A DNA stretch of 64,000 nt from Bugula neritina (taxonomy: Eukaryota > Animalia > Bryozoa). The stretch lies in contig OZ037770.1 in NCBI GenBank assembly GCA_964035545.1, positions 12,390,642 to 12,454,641 on the forward strand. The letters run 5' to 3'. Below are positions 48,311-64,000 of the stretch, piece by piece. Position 1 is the first letter of the stretch. Each line of letters begins with the position of its first letter. The position numbers and the translations under genes are program-made. The notes beneath the pieces are model-generated. The model was given only the letters and a program-made list of their open reading frames with translations, was not told the origin of the DNA and ran no database searches.

Positions 48311-51300
48311 TTCTTTAGCTGTTCTATCAGCCAAGTGACTTTATAGCAGAGGGAAAGCTGTTTATAGCTAAACCAAATATTACATAACTAATCAAGCAAT
48401 ACTCTATTTTTATTCTACATTGCAAATATAATGATTCTAGACTTTAGATGTATTGAACGAAGTACTGGCACAATTACCAGGATTTTAATTAATTTCTTTT
48501 TAATATAATATTTATATTTAAATACTTTATATTGATTGCAAGAATCCAATTTTCAAATCTGAAATTAAGTAAGCAACATGAAAGAAATATTAAACTATTT
48601 AACATTTCAATAACAGTGAACCAATCGACACAATAGTGTGATATGAGCATCTTTTATCTAGTATAATGAACTTTACAACTTAAAAAGACAAAGAAACATC
48701 TACGACTGTATGATGTAATACGCTAAGCGTTACTAAAATTGTTCAGCCAACACAAGACTGCACAAGTAAATGTTTAATGCATTCAAAAATCAGAATTTCG
48801 AAAGTGTGGGCTTTAAAATAAAATTTTTAAATTTTGGAAAAACACTTCGTATACGTGACAAAACAGACTTATGAATTCCAGATTATGTGCACTTGAGGCA
48901 TCTAAGCACTACAGATCATTGCAGTGTTTCTTGATCAATAATGATCAGTTAGCAAGCTTTTTGAATGATAAATTTGGAATCTAAAAAACTTAAAGTAAAA
49001 TATATTTATATTTTAGTCCAATGTAGTTCATAACTATATATAAGAACATTCAATAATACAGTGCATAGCAACAATACTTATATGGAAGTATTATATAATA
49101 CTTATACTAAATTTACTGTAATTATAATTTTTCCCCGCTTAGCTTTTGATGTAATGTATGTTTTATTATGAGCTATCATAGCTCATCAACTATTGTATAA
49201 ATCAATGTTTTGTTTTTGCTCAATTTTGACTAGTTATATTACACGAAGCAGTCAATATGCTGAAAGAAAAGTTTATTCCACGCATGACACCAGCGCACTC
49301 CAAGTTAATTTTGATGGTGAAGCTGCAGTAACAACTCTACTTAGATAATAATTGAAGGGACAGTGCTAGTAATGATGCAAAAGGTAAGAGGAGAAAAATC
49401 TTAAAAAGGAAACATCACAAATCGAGGAGACAAATCTAAATAGAGGACAACAGGGTGTGGAAAGCATGTAAAGCATGTTCCATCTCACTCAAAAGTCAAA
49501 TGATTGTTTTATGCAACATTGTAATTTACACAGATATTGATATTCCATACATGTATATTTTCAACACCCTTATGAATTACCAAATATGGGAGTGGCTAGT
49601 TCTATAACTAATTTGAAACTCAATTAATTTCCTTCTGTTGTATTGGAGTTGTGAATTTTATGTTATGTCACATTGCAGTTATTTTATTTATGCTGTAGAG
49701 ACTACACTTGGTTGAGGGCTAAAAACTAACTTATATTTGTAAATCTTCATCTTATATATACACAGAATATGACATCATATACAGTTGCCAATCATCATCT
49801 GATTCATGCAGTAATAACAAACAACTCTATTGTATACAGTAAACATTCAAAACATTATTATAGTGTACTCATGCAATAGTTGCATTTAGCTGTTCTTTTT
49901 GCATTATAAGTATATATAAAGGAGCCACTATATAGTGACATGCTGACTATAGTTAACAATTTACAGTCATAGCCTAAGAATCTAACTCTTTATAGGTTTG
50001 CAACACTTGCTCAATTGTGAGTTAGTTCTTCAGGCTAGGGTTGTTTTAAACTTTAGTGTTTAGCATTTTTGTGTGGGTAATAGTAATTTTCAATAAGAAT
50101 AACGTGCAAGCTGTAGGTTGCACTTTAATCCAATTTCTATAGTTTTGTTACGTATATTTAGGTATCATTTTCAAACGGAATGCTAATTAAGATGGTAAGC
50201 TCTATGGCTAATTAAAACCTCTTATGAAAATAACGAGCAATGAAGAAAAAGGACATTGAGGAGAAATAAGCAATTATTTTCTAGGAATATGAAGTAGACC
50301 GACTATATGAAATATAGCGAACTAGCAGCCAGTATTAGTTATGCGCATAGGTTTAAGCCTGGTTCGCAATGCATTTGTTTATTGTACTTTATTTTACAAG
50401 CTATATTGTAGTATTATTCATAGGACTTGCAATTATATAAAAAGAAAATTTAATACTTTTGTATGTCAAAAGTATAACAAATATTGTTGAAATACTAAAG
50501 CATGATTTACAAAGATGTTATGTCCAAGTTATAGTCATTGGCCAGCCAGGGTGGAAGAGTGAAGATACTAAAAAGCATTTTACTCAGAGTATACTTATAT
50601 ACATAGCAAAGGACAAACAATATTTTATAAATTTTCAAATGTACCAAATAATTTTGTGAAACAAAAGGAAACAAACAGATTTAGAAGAGAAACTCTTTTT
50701 TTAACTTACGAAAGTTTTATGGAACGATATATTATATGTGTGCATGTGTGTGCGTGTGTGCGTGTGTGCGTGTGTGCGTGTGCGCGTGTGCGCGTGTGCG
50801 CGTGTATGTAGTATATTGTGCATGCCTTGGTCACTCCCATGCTTATATTTTTTATTAAATCAGTTAAACTGCATTTAGGGAGTTTCTATAACAAAATACT
50901 TTTATCTACTTTTTGCAGAATGCTATTTTCATACAAATTTAATATGCCACAGCCCCTATTCATAGCACAGTTTAATAGAAATACAAGTAAACACTACATT
51001 TTATGGTGTATTGTTCAATCACATAACAATAGTATACACAACAATATATGTGTACAAACAAATAGGAATCCATTAAAATTGTCAAAATAAGTACTGAATT
51101 TCTTTTTCAAACTGCATTTCAATATTACAGATAATATTTGACTGAAGAAAACGAGTTGCAAAAAGTACATGTGATGACTAATGTTTATTCAAGACAATTT
51201 CTTCTTTACAATATCAGTACATAATATGGCTAAATAAAAAATTATACCTACAAATTAAGGCATGAATACGATAACCATTTTTTTTACGAGCTTGAAAAAT

Positions 51301-51401
51301 GCACAAATACAATATTGCCATTGAAGTATTATATTCGCAGAGTAAACAGGGCGGGGGGGGGGTTATTGTATTTTCATAGCAACAGAGCCAAAGATTATTG
51401 T

Positions 51402-53961
51402 CTAATAACCCTGAACTTCAATTTCATAAAGGTTTATAGTTGTTACAGCATTAAACAGAATCTGGACAAAGCGGCCACTGATTGGTTGATCACATGTAAT
51501 CAGAGTGTAGTATCTGTTAAGATAACCATTAACATATTTACACAGAACTTCTCTGTTAGATCCAGTAAACTCTATATCTTCCTCTACCATTGCCACTGTT
51601 ACTTCTGCGTTGATGGATCTTTGAACATATTCTACTCCTAAAAACATAATTTATACATATGTTACTTCTTTCAAATAGGGTAATGCAAATAATATTTTGG
51701 CATTACATAGAACACAAATATGATTATATAGTATGGATCTAGTGTTAGAATCATTATTAAGTAATTATAAATTAAGCAATTTTATACCAGTCAGACGGTT
51801 TGGCTTACTCGTAAATCTGTTGAGAATGTTGACAGCCCAGACACAGTGTACATCTCCCAGGTTTACTCTCCACCATGGTCTACTTTCTCTTCTACTGTGT
51901 GTTAGTGACGCAAAGGGATCTGATGGCTCATAGATGCCATCAACAGCCATGGATGCTTGGAACGAGAGAGTTTCTTTTGAATTCTTATATTCAGAGGACA
52001 GTTGCGCTGGTTTATCTAGAAAAATATAAATAACAACATGAGTTAGTTAAAAACAGCTTTGTTGATTTAGTATTATATAATTGTTATAGAACTATATAGG
52101 AAGCAGCCTCTATTTATACTGGTTAAAGCTCGAACCTAGTGAACTATACATGCAGGGTAAGGGATTGGAGTTCAACCACAAGTCAGTGGCTCAGTCCAAT
52201 ATGAAGATGGTCATCTGGTCATAATTTTAAGTACTTTTGCTGACTTTAGTTTTATAGATATTGTTATAGAATTTTGGAGCACAGCTTTGGGCAGCTGATG
52301 AGGGTGCAGACCTACTGAAATAGGTTTGGTGGTTTGAAAGACGTGAGTGATGTTAGGAACGGCATAAACTCATATTTGCTCCTGTCTCACGTAACAGACA
52401 TGTCAATAGCTTAATTTCGAAAAGTCTTTAGCATCAGGGTCTCTTACAGTGATAGTGATATATAAAAACACACACATCATAGATTGTATGAAAACCGATA
52501 GTTTTTTGAAGATCAAATCTATATTCTTAGTTTTACATGTTGACAAGGATTCTTCTAAGTATAACAGAAACTGTAGAGTTTGCTGCAGAAATACACAGTT
52601 TATAAATTAGGTTCAAATAAATAAGTATGCTCACTTCTAGCCAGTAAGTTGCTGAATCTTTCTGCAATTCATCTGCCCTGATGTAAAAATCAGAATCATC
52701 TCCCTGTCCTTCGAGATACAGATTAGGGTAAACACATGTTTTAACAGAGCACTTCTTGGTTAGCCAATCATATGTGAATCCATTGCATTCTTCTCTTCTC
52801 ATACAATCAAAGCTACAGTAGCTGGTAGAGGTGGCTGTCCCAGAGTCATGCTGTGAAATGTTGGATAGAGATTCTGGCATGACATAACTCTTGTAGAGGA
52901 CAGTCTGGTAACCAAATACAACCAGAGCTGTGAGCTCTACCAACACCACTGCAAAAAATAACATGGAAAATAAAAGCAATTCTCAAATTGTTAGAGGTTT
53001 AAAGTTACATGCAAATATTTTATAGATGATATAAATTAATTATATATATATACTTTAATATAAGTTCAGTGTCTAAAATTGAGAGTGTACAGATCACACC
53101 AAACTGTGACTTAATTGTATTGTGTCCATACTAGAATATTGTGATTGAACTAACTACTATAAATTGTTTACATCAACCACACAGCAAATTAATCTGTTTA
53201 ATTATTTATTCTAAATTAATTTGTTTTGGTGACACATATGCCACATTGTGCTACAGAGTGATTGCATGAGGTTGTTATACACATTGTGAAGTGTTATGAA
53301 TATATTTCTGCTATTTTCTGCATTTTGTGTTTTGATTTATAAAGAACCTGGTCATACCAATTTTTGATAAATATACACTCATTACTTAATGCAGAATATC
53401 TACATAATATTAGGGGAGTGCATATTTTAGGTGGTTTACATATATAGTCTACTCATAATGCAGCAGGACAGAACAAAATATTATGCTAGCGGGAGTGGGG
53501 AACAAAAGAAATTTTACGATGATAAATTGTTTAAACTAATTTCGCAGTCCGACATTGGATGCTACGAGTTTCGATATTCGGGCCCCGACTTTCGGACAGG
53601 ATCAGGACCAAGAATTTTCTCTATATATAAGGAGGCGAGGTCACAGAGTAGAGTCAGTCTACTACTGGAGCTCGCCAGATAAAAACCAATTTTACTCGCT
53701 ACCTATACAGCAATAAAGATTTCTACACTCAAGTTCACTACCACATCTTGTTTTTTCTATACTGGAGTTATGCTCCCACTTAAATTGCATTCTACCCACA
53801 CAACTACTACAATATATAATTATTGCTTAATAGTAAACTTTTAAAGCAGGATTATAGCAAAATTAGTCATAGACTATTGTAAAATAAAATATTTTTACAT
53901 TTGAAAATATTTATAGAAACTTTAACTTACTAAATCCGAATGTCAGATATTTGCCAGTCAT
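51402..53961 (-). pseudogene. PAN/apple + F-type lectin gene copy L6, with a +2 frameshift at the end of the PAN exon
   Basis: Exons 53931-53961, 52635-52948 (314 nt; gatgAAttgcagaa vs consensus gatgttggagaa at ~52667), 51809-52015, 51402-51637. Confidence 0.8.
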
Positions 53962-55369
53962 TTCCTTAGCTGTTCTATCAACCAAGTAACTTTATAGCAG
54001 AGGGAAGGCTGTTTATAGCTAAACCAGATATTACATAACTAATCAAGCAACACTCTATTTTCATTCTTATACATTGCAAATATAATGATTCTAGACTTTA
54101 GATGTATTGAACGAAGTACTGGCACAATTATTATATACCAGGAGTTTAATTGATTTTTTTTAAATATATTATTTATATTTAAATACTTTATATTGATTGC
54201 AAGAATCCAATTTTCAAATCTGAAATTAAGCAAACAACATTAAAGAGAAAATAAACTATTGAAAATTTTAATAAAAGCAAATCAATCAACGAAATAGCTT
54301 GATGAGCATCTTTTATCTAGTATAATGAACTTTACAATTTAAAAAGACAAAGAAACATCTAAGACTGTATGATGTAACAGGCTGCTAAAATTGTTCAGCC
54401 AACACAAGACTGCACAATTAAATGTTTAATGCATTTAAAAATTAGAATTCCGAAAGTGTGGGCTTTGAGTAAAATTTTTAAATTTTGGAAAATACTTCGT
54501 ATATGTATAACAAAACAGGCTTATGAATTCCAGACTATATGTGCACTTGAGGCATCTGTCCATTACAGATCATTGCAGTGTTTCTTGATCAATTATTATC
54601 AATTATAGCTTAAGCTTTTTGAATAATAAATTTAGAATCTAAAAAACTTAAGAAAGTAAAATATATTTATATTTTAGTCCAATGTAGTTCATATAACTAA
54701 GAACATTCAATAATATAGTGCATAGCAACAATACTTATATTGAAATACTATATAATACTTATACTAGTATTATAGGTTTGACTCTTACTTTTTGATGTAA
54801 TGTATGTCTTATTATGGGCTATCATAGCTCATCAACTATTGTATAAATCAATGTTTTGGTTTTGTTCAATTTTGACTAGTTATATTACACGCAGCAGTCA
54901 TGATATGCTGAAAGAAAAGTTTATCCCATGCAGGACACCAGTGCACTCTAAATTAGTTTTGGTGGTGAAGCTGCAGTAACAACTCTACTTAAATATTAAA
55001 AAGGGACAGTGCTAGTAATGATGCAAAAGGAAAGAAGAGACAAATCTTGATAAGGAAACATCTTAATTGAGGAGACAAATCTAAAGAGAAGACAACAGGA
55101 TGTGGAAGCATATAAAGCATGTTCCGTCTCACTCAAGAATTGTTTTATCCAACATTGTATTTACACAGGTATTGATATTCTATGCATGAATATTTTCAAC
55201 ACCCTTATGAATTACCAAATATAGCAAATTTAGGGAGTAGCTAATGCTATAATCCATTTGAAACTCACCTAATTTCTTTGTGTTGTATTGGAGTTGTGTA
55301 CTCAATAGTTCCATTTAGCTGTTCTTCTTGCATTATAATGTAAGTATAATGGAGTCACCATAGTATAAT

Positions 55370-55580
55370 GGAGCAGCCGTGGTCTAGGGGTTAGAGCGTT
55401 CGCTTTGTGAACCTGAAGTTGTGGGTTCAAACCCCGACAAAGGCCATTGGTGATGTTAGGAAGAGCATCCAGTCATAATTGCTCCTGTGCCTCATTTGAA
55501 CAAGTCCTTAGCCCGTTCTAACAAAAACCCTTTCTATCAGGGGTTTCTCACAGGGATAGCGACTATAAACTTGCGTGAGA
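55370..55580 (+). mobile_element. tRNA-derived SINE, young full-length copy
   Basis: Box A TGGTCTAGGGG, box B GGTTCAAACCC; absent from paralogous sites at ~49930 and ~62425. Confidence 0.92.
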
Positions 55581-56429
55581 ATAGTGACATAATGGATGTA
55601 GTTAACATTACATAGTCATAGCCTGGCAACCAAACTCTTTAAGTTTGCAGCACTTGTGATTGTGAGTTAGTTCTTTAGGCTAGGGTTGTTTCGAACTTTG
55701 GTATTTAGCATTTTTGTATGAATAAGAATAATTCAATAAAAACATTGCGTGCAAACTGTATGCTGCAATTTACTACAATCTCCTAGTTTTGTTATGTTTA
55801 ATTACGAATTAATTACGCATCATTTTCAAATTTAATGCTAAGATGATAAGCTCTATGGCTAATCAAAACCTGCTAAACAAATGAGCATCAAAGAAAAAAG
55901 ACCTATAATAAAGCAAAAATATTAAATTATTTTCTAAGAAGAAGCAAACCGACTATGAAATGTAGTAAACCAGCAGCCAGTATTAGATATGTGCATGGGT
56001 TTATCCGATTGGTGCGTGTTGCATTTGCTCATTGTACCTTATTTTACACGCTATGTATAGTAGCATTATCCATAGTGCTTGTAATATAAAAAGAAATGTA
56101 AATACTTATGGATGACAAAAGTATAAAAAATATTATTGAAATATTGAAACATGATTTACTAGGATGTTATGTCCAAGTTAAATAGTCATTGGCCAGCCAG
56201 GGTGGAAGAGAGAAAATACTAAAAGGCATTTTCTCTCAAAGCTTATTTATACAACAAAAGACAAACTATATTTTAGAAAATTTCAAATTTACTAAATCAT
56301 TTTGTGAAATAAAAGAAAACAAACGGATTTAAAAAGGAAACTATGCTTCAATTAACAAGGTTTTTAGTGAAAGATTTGTCGAAAAAAGAATTGACTAGAT
56401 ACAACCTTATTAAATACTATTTTTTACTA

Positions 56430-56485
<56 letters not shown>

Positions 56486-56949
56486 ATATAATGTATGTAT
56501 ATATATATATATATATATATATGGGATTTTCTATTTAAACTCTAAAAATAGTTTTACAAATAAAAAGAAACAAATTATCGGTATTACTAATAAAATTGAA
56601 TCATAAATTAATTCATAAATTTGTATTTTTGCATAAAATTTGCATTATAATTAATTTTTGTTCAGTTTATTGCATTATGCTAATTGATCTATTTCCTACA
56701 TTTAACAAAAGTTTGTGAAGGAACAATAAGAAAAATTAACTGCATGGGTGTTTGAACCTAATCTGGAATTTTTCCCAATGATAATTTAAAAGCTACTACC
56801 ACTCTAAACCTGTCACACAAATTTTATTATTGTGGTCATTTGACATTTTTTCTCTTTAAGGTTCAGAAAATAAAAATGTGAACAGCAAAATAGAAGTAAT
56901 TACAGCAACTATGTAAAATTTACTGCTTGTAAGTTATACCTGCTATTGC

Positions 56950-58779
<1,830 letters not shown>

Positions 58780-60263
58780 TTTCTTGCAGCTCCTTGAAGC
58801 TAAATAATAATAAACTAATAAGTCTTTATGAGGAGAAAATGTTTAATTAAACGAAAGGTGTGGCAGCTAAGCAACCACTCATTTGATCGATTCTTTCTCA
58901 GGTTGTAGTTTACAAAAAAATTGATTATTGTAAAAGTTTTCATTAAGCAAACATATTTATACTAATTAAAGCAATATATTTGTTCTTGAATAAAAAACAA
59001 ATATTTAAATATATGTATATTTGAATCAAGCATGTTTTGAACACATAAATAAATTTCTTTGATCTGCATTAAGATATTAATTTTACATACTTTTTGCGTC
59101 TTGTTTGAACAAATATTTTGTTAATGATTATTCGTTGATTAAAGAAAATGCTTATAAATAATATATTAGTGTTTTTTTTTGTCCCACATAAATCTATGAA
59201 AATTGGAATATTGTTCCAGATAATTCATGTTAGCTATTATAGCTATTAGCATTATAGCTATTTAGCAATCATTGGGTCAGTTATATAAGTATATTACTAT
59301 AAAATTATATTGAACCAAAATAAAAATAGCCTCTATAAATGAGAAGCGTCAAAGTGGGAAGCGTCCAAATAGGAAATTTAGCATAGCGTCTATAGCTGGG
59401 GAGCGTCTATAGCTGGGGAGCGTCTATCTAAAATGAAACCCCAGCCTTAAAGCTACTGGAGAAAATATGCATACTGCCTGCTTAATCAAACTAACTTAAC
59501 TACGTTCATAAGCCTCTATAAAGTGCGTAGACACTGGCGCTTGTATTTTCTATTTGCGGTTATGGGTGAGAACATAACAGCAGTAATTTAGTATAGTTTA
59601 TATAGTTATAACCATTACAGCTGCGTATTGAGTTACTAAATTAAATAGTTTGTTTTATTAATGCAGACTATTCATAATACTATAAAACTTAGGGTGCTTT
59701 CGGATTAGACATTATTCGTTCAGCACTCTACCACATATAATCAAACCTAAACTGAAATTTATATGATCAGAAAAAATTGATGAACTATTAATCCTAGATG
59801 AATTAACTTAGAACGCCAATAAAACTGCATAAAAGCTTAAAGAACCCTTTACACACTTCACTTGTGCAGTATTAAAATACTTTTATATATTAGTGTTCAT
59901 ATACATAGACTGCTCTAAGATCGTATAGGCCTAAACGAATATTTCTTTAGGATTTCCAATGTCGAAAACCTATGGAAATCCCAAATCATTTTAGCACATA
60001 GCCTACTCCTGCAAAATTATAAACCAAAATTGTTTAGGCATACAACCTTATTAAAGCAGTCTGTAAATGAAAACTAATAAGTATATAAGAATATTTTAAC
60101 GCTCCACAAGTGAAGTGTTTCAGGGATTCTTTAAACTTTGCAATAAAAAAAAAACAAAATAAAATTTATGGCAAATTTGCTACAACTATACTATTATAAT
60201 TCTAAAATTCTAGCAAACGTCGCAAAGTATGTAATTATATACCATTCCGACAGCCTAACTTAC

Positions 60264-60490
60264 TCTCAAATTCGTTGAGAATGTTAACAGCCCAGACACA
60301 GTGTACATCTCCCAGGTCTACTCTCCACCATGGTCTATTATAGTCCCGATTTTACTGTGTGCCATTGATGACTGCGTGTCTGATAGTTCATATAACCCAT
60401 TTAATACGAGCTGGCTATCTACTAGCTTCTCTGCCCCCTTAACAGTAATCAGCATCAGCATGCACAGATATGACATCTTTGCTGGTTTAT
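60264..60490 (-). pseudogene. L8: isolated, degenerate F-type lectin exon 3 (L7-like)
   Basis: Splice sites retained and RPWWRVDLGDVHCVWAVNILN intact, but several indels and stops in the 5' two-thirds; no PAN exon, exon 1 or exon 4 nearby. Confidence 0.85.
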
Positions 60491-61174
60491 CTAAAAAATT
60501 TTTTTAGTTGTGAGAATGTACTCAAAAAAATTGGCTTCAGAAAAACTGATAGATTTATTTTATGTCTTTAATGGATAAATTATCTGTAATTAATCAAGCT
60601 TTGTTAGAAAACATGCATGCAGTTCGTGCAACTGTTGCTATATTTAAGTTGTCTGTGACTCTATATATAGGGAAAAATAAAATATTTCTTGTTACTCACA
60701 AGTGAGCTTAAAGGAAAGCATATTCCATCATATTTTACATATGATAGATTGTATAAGAACCTGCAGTTTTTTAAAGATCAAGCCTACATTCTTAGTTAAA
60801 CATGTTGACAAGGATTTTTCTAAGTATTACAGCAACTGTAGAGTTTACTGCAATAGTACTGTGGCCTAATTGTAATGTGTTCATACTAGAATATTATTGT
60901 GATTGAACTAACTGCTAATTGTTTACATCAACAACACAGCAAATTAATTTATTGTATTTATTCTAAATAAATTTCCTTTAATAAAACATGCCATATTGTG
61001 CTACAGAGTGATTGCATGAGGTTGTTATACACATTGTGAAGTGTTATGAATATATTTCTGCTATTTTCTGCATTTTGTGTTTTGATTTATCAAGAACCTG
61101 GTCATACTAAGTTTTGATAAATATATACTCATTGCCTAATGCAGAATATCTACATAATATTATAAGAAAGTGCA

Positions 61175-63249
61175 TAAGCAACATGAAAGAAATATCTAAC
61201 TATTGAGCATTTTAATAACAGTGAATCAATCAACGAAATATAGCTTGATGAGCATCTTTTATCTAGTATATAATGAACTTTACAACTTAAAAAGACAAAG
61301 AAACATTTACGACTGTATAATGTAACAGGCTGCTAAAATTTTTTGGTCATCAACAGAAGATATTACTGCACAAGTAAATGTTTAATGCATTCGAAAATTA
61401 GAATTTCAAAAGTGCAGGTTTTGAAGAAAATTTTTAAATTTTGGAAAAACACTTCGTACATGTAACAAAACAGGCCTATGAATTCCAGACATGTGCACTT
61501 GGGGCATTTAACCTCTATAGCTCATTGCAGTGTTTCTTGATCAATTATTATCAATTAGCAAGCTTTTTGGATGATAAATTTGGAATTTAAAAAACTTAGC
61601 AAAGTAAAATTTATTTATATTCTAGTCCAATGTAATTCAAAACTAAGAACATGTATCCAATAATTAATATAGTGCACAGCAACAATACTTATATGGAAGT
61701 ACTACATTATATAATACTTATACTAAAAGTACCGTAATGTTATAGGTTTGACTCTTACTTTTTGATGTAATGTATGTCTTATTATGGGCTATCATAGCTC
61801 ATCAACTATTGTATAAATCAATGTTTTGGTTTTGCTCAATTTTGACTAGTTATATTACACACAGCAGTCAATAGGCTGAAAGAAAAGTTTATCCCACGCA
61901 TGACACCAGTGCACTCTAAGTTAATTTTGGTGGTCAAGCTGCAGTAACAACTCTATTTAAATAATAAGGAGAGACCGTGCTAGTAATGATGCAAAAGGTA
62001 AGAGGAGACAAATCTTAAAAAGAAAACATTACTAATTGAGGAGACAAATCTAAAGAGAGGACAACAGGATATGGAAGCATATAAAGCATATTCGATCTCA
62101 CTCAAGAGTTGTCTCATCCAACATTGTGTTTACAAAAGACAAATCTTTAAAAAAAGCATCACTTATTGAGGAAAAAAATCTAAATCATGTGGAAGCATAC
62201 CAGAGTCATAATTGTTTTATCCAACATTGTATTTACACAGGTATTGATTTTCTATGCATGAATATTTTCAACAACCTTATGAATTACCAAATGTAGCAAA
62301 TTTAGGGAGTGGCTAATTCTATAATCTATTTGAAACTCACCTAATTTCCTTGCATTGTATTGGAGTTGTGTACTCAATAGTTGCATTTAGCCGTTCTTGC
62401 ATTATGAGTATAATGAAGTCACTATATATAGTGACATAGTGACTATAGTTAACATAACAGTCATAACCTAAGAACCTAACTCTTTAAGTTTGCAACATTT
62501 GTGATTGTGAATTAGTTTTTTAGGCTAGGGTTGTTTCGAACTTTTGTATGAGTAAGAGTAATTCAATAAAAACATTGCGTTCAACCTGTATGCTGCAATT
62601 TACTACAATTTTCTAGTTTTATTATGTATAATTAGGCATCATTTTCACATTGAATGCTAAGATGGTACGCTCCATGGCTAATCAAAACCTGTTATTAAGG
62701 AAACAACGAGCATCGAAGAAAAAGAATTTATAAAAGAGGAGAATTACTAAATTACTTTCTAGGAAGAAGTAAACCAACCATATAAAATGTGGTAAGCCAG
62801 CGGCCAGTATTAGATACGTGCATGAATTTATGCTTGGTGCTTGTTGCCTTTGTTTATTGTACCTTATTTTACACGCTATGTTAGAGTAGCATTATCCATA
62901 GGGCTTGTAATATAAACAGAAAATTAAATACATGTGTTTGACAAAAGTATAAAGAATGTTATTGAAATATTGAAACATGATTTACTGGGATGTTATGTTC
63001 ACGTTATAGTCATTGGCCAGCCAGGGTGGAAGAGAGAAAATACTAAAAGGCATTTTCTTTCAGAGTTTATTTATACAACAAAAGACAAACTATATTTTAG
63101 AAATTTTCAAATGTACTGAATAATTTTGTGAAATAAAAGGAAACAAACAGATTTAAAACAGGTACTAATTTTTAGTTTACAAAGTTTTTAGTGAAAGATT
63201 TGTCGAAAAAAGAATTGACTAGATACAACCATATTAAATACTATTTTCT

Positions 63250-63300
<51 letters not shown>

Positions 63301-64000
63301 GATTTGCTATCTAAACTCTATAAATAGTTTTACAAATAAAAAGAAACAAATTATTGGTATTACCTATAAAATTGAATCATAAATTAATTCATTTGTATTT
63401 TTGCATAAAATTTGCATTATAATTAATTTTTGTTCAGTTTATTGCATTATGCTAATTTATCTAATTCCTACATTAAACAAAAGTTTGTGAAGGAAGAATA
63501 AGAAAAAAATAACTGCATGAGTGTTCAAACCTAATCTGGCATTTTTCCCAATAATTTAAAAACTACTACCACTCTAAAACCGTCACACAAATTTTATTAT
63601 TGTGGTCATTTGACATTTTTCTTAAAGGTTTGGAGAATAAAAATGTGAACAGCAAAATAAAAGTAATTGCAGCAAATATGTAAAATTTACTGCTTGTAAC
63701 TTATACCTGCTATTGCCTAATAACCTTGAACTTCAATCTCATGAAGGCCTAAGCCTGTTACAGCATTAAACAGAACCTGGACAAAGCGGCCACTGATTGG
63801 TTGATCACATGTAATCAGAGTGTAGTATTGGTTGAGATAACCATCAACATATTTGCACAGAACTTCTCTGTTAGATCCAGTAAACTCTATATCTTCCTCT
63901 ACCATAGCCACTGTTACTTCTGTGTTCTTCGATCTCTGGCTATAGTCCAAAGCTGAAAAACACATTTTAAATTCTACGCTGCTATATGTCCAGTTCATAA
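61175..64000 (+). repeat. Segmental duplicate of ~54230-57240
   Basis: Collinear through intergenic DNA, TA tract and lectin last exon; lacks the 55370 SINE. Confidence 0.88.
63717..63952 (-). CDS. L9: last exon of a further PAN + F-type lectin copy that continues beyond the window
   Basis: 236-nt exon like all paralogs: LDYSQRSKNTEVTVAMVEEDIEFTGSNREVLC...NAVTGLGLHEIEVQGY*. Confidence 0.88.

Larger units (their letters stand above)
50840..56350 (+). repeat. Tandem segmental duplicate of ~44740-50700 (L5/L6 unit); junction marked by a (GTGTGC)n tract at 50736-50803
   Basis: Collinear similarity of 3' flank, exons, introns and ~2.4 kb of upstream DNA. Confidence 0.9.

Noticed and set aside
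50459-50659. Short ORF ...VIVIGQPGWK... repeated at ~56110-56290 and 62934-63119
   Set aside because: Recurrence is explained by segmental duplication; the middle copy is frameshifted and no domain or gene structure is recognisable

Overview
AT-rich, intron-containing invertebrate-type (metazoan) genomic DNA; species not identifiable from the sequence. From left to right: (i) the last exon of a short-chain dehydrogenase; (ii) a 7-exon secreted class-3 lipase-like gene with a Cys-rich N-terminal module; (iii) a 785-aa single-exon repeat protein; (iv) four small orphan genes encoding acidic, disordered proteins with one C-terminal membrane anchor; (v) a 43-kb array (20.6-64 kb) of at least nine copies of a secreted PAN/apple + F-type lectin (fucolectin) gene with four coding exons. 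In the array, framework segments are almost identical at nucleotide level even between copies whose introns do not align, while the predicted sugar-binding loops are hypervariable. Shared derived substitutions cross the duplication phylogeny, pointing to gene conversion. Four copies carry single frameshifts and one is a deletion relic. Mobile DNA: a full-length open RTE-clade LINE inserted in a TA-rich microsatellite, a type I hammerhead ribozyme insertion at the paralogous microsatellite, many copies of a ~210-bp tRNA-derived SINE, a hAT MITE with 8-bp TSD, and other relics. All exon boundaries and alignments were read by eye; no database searches were run.
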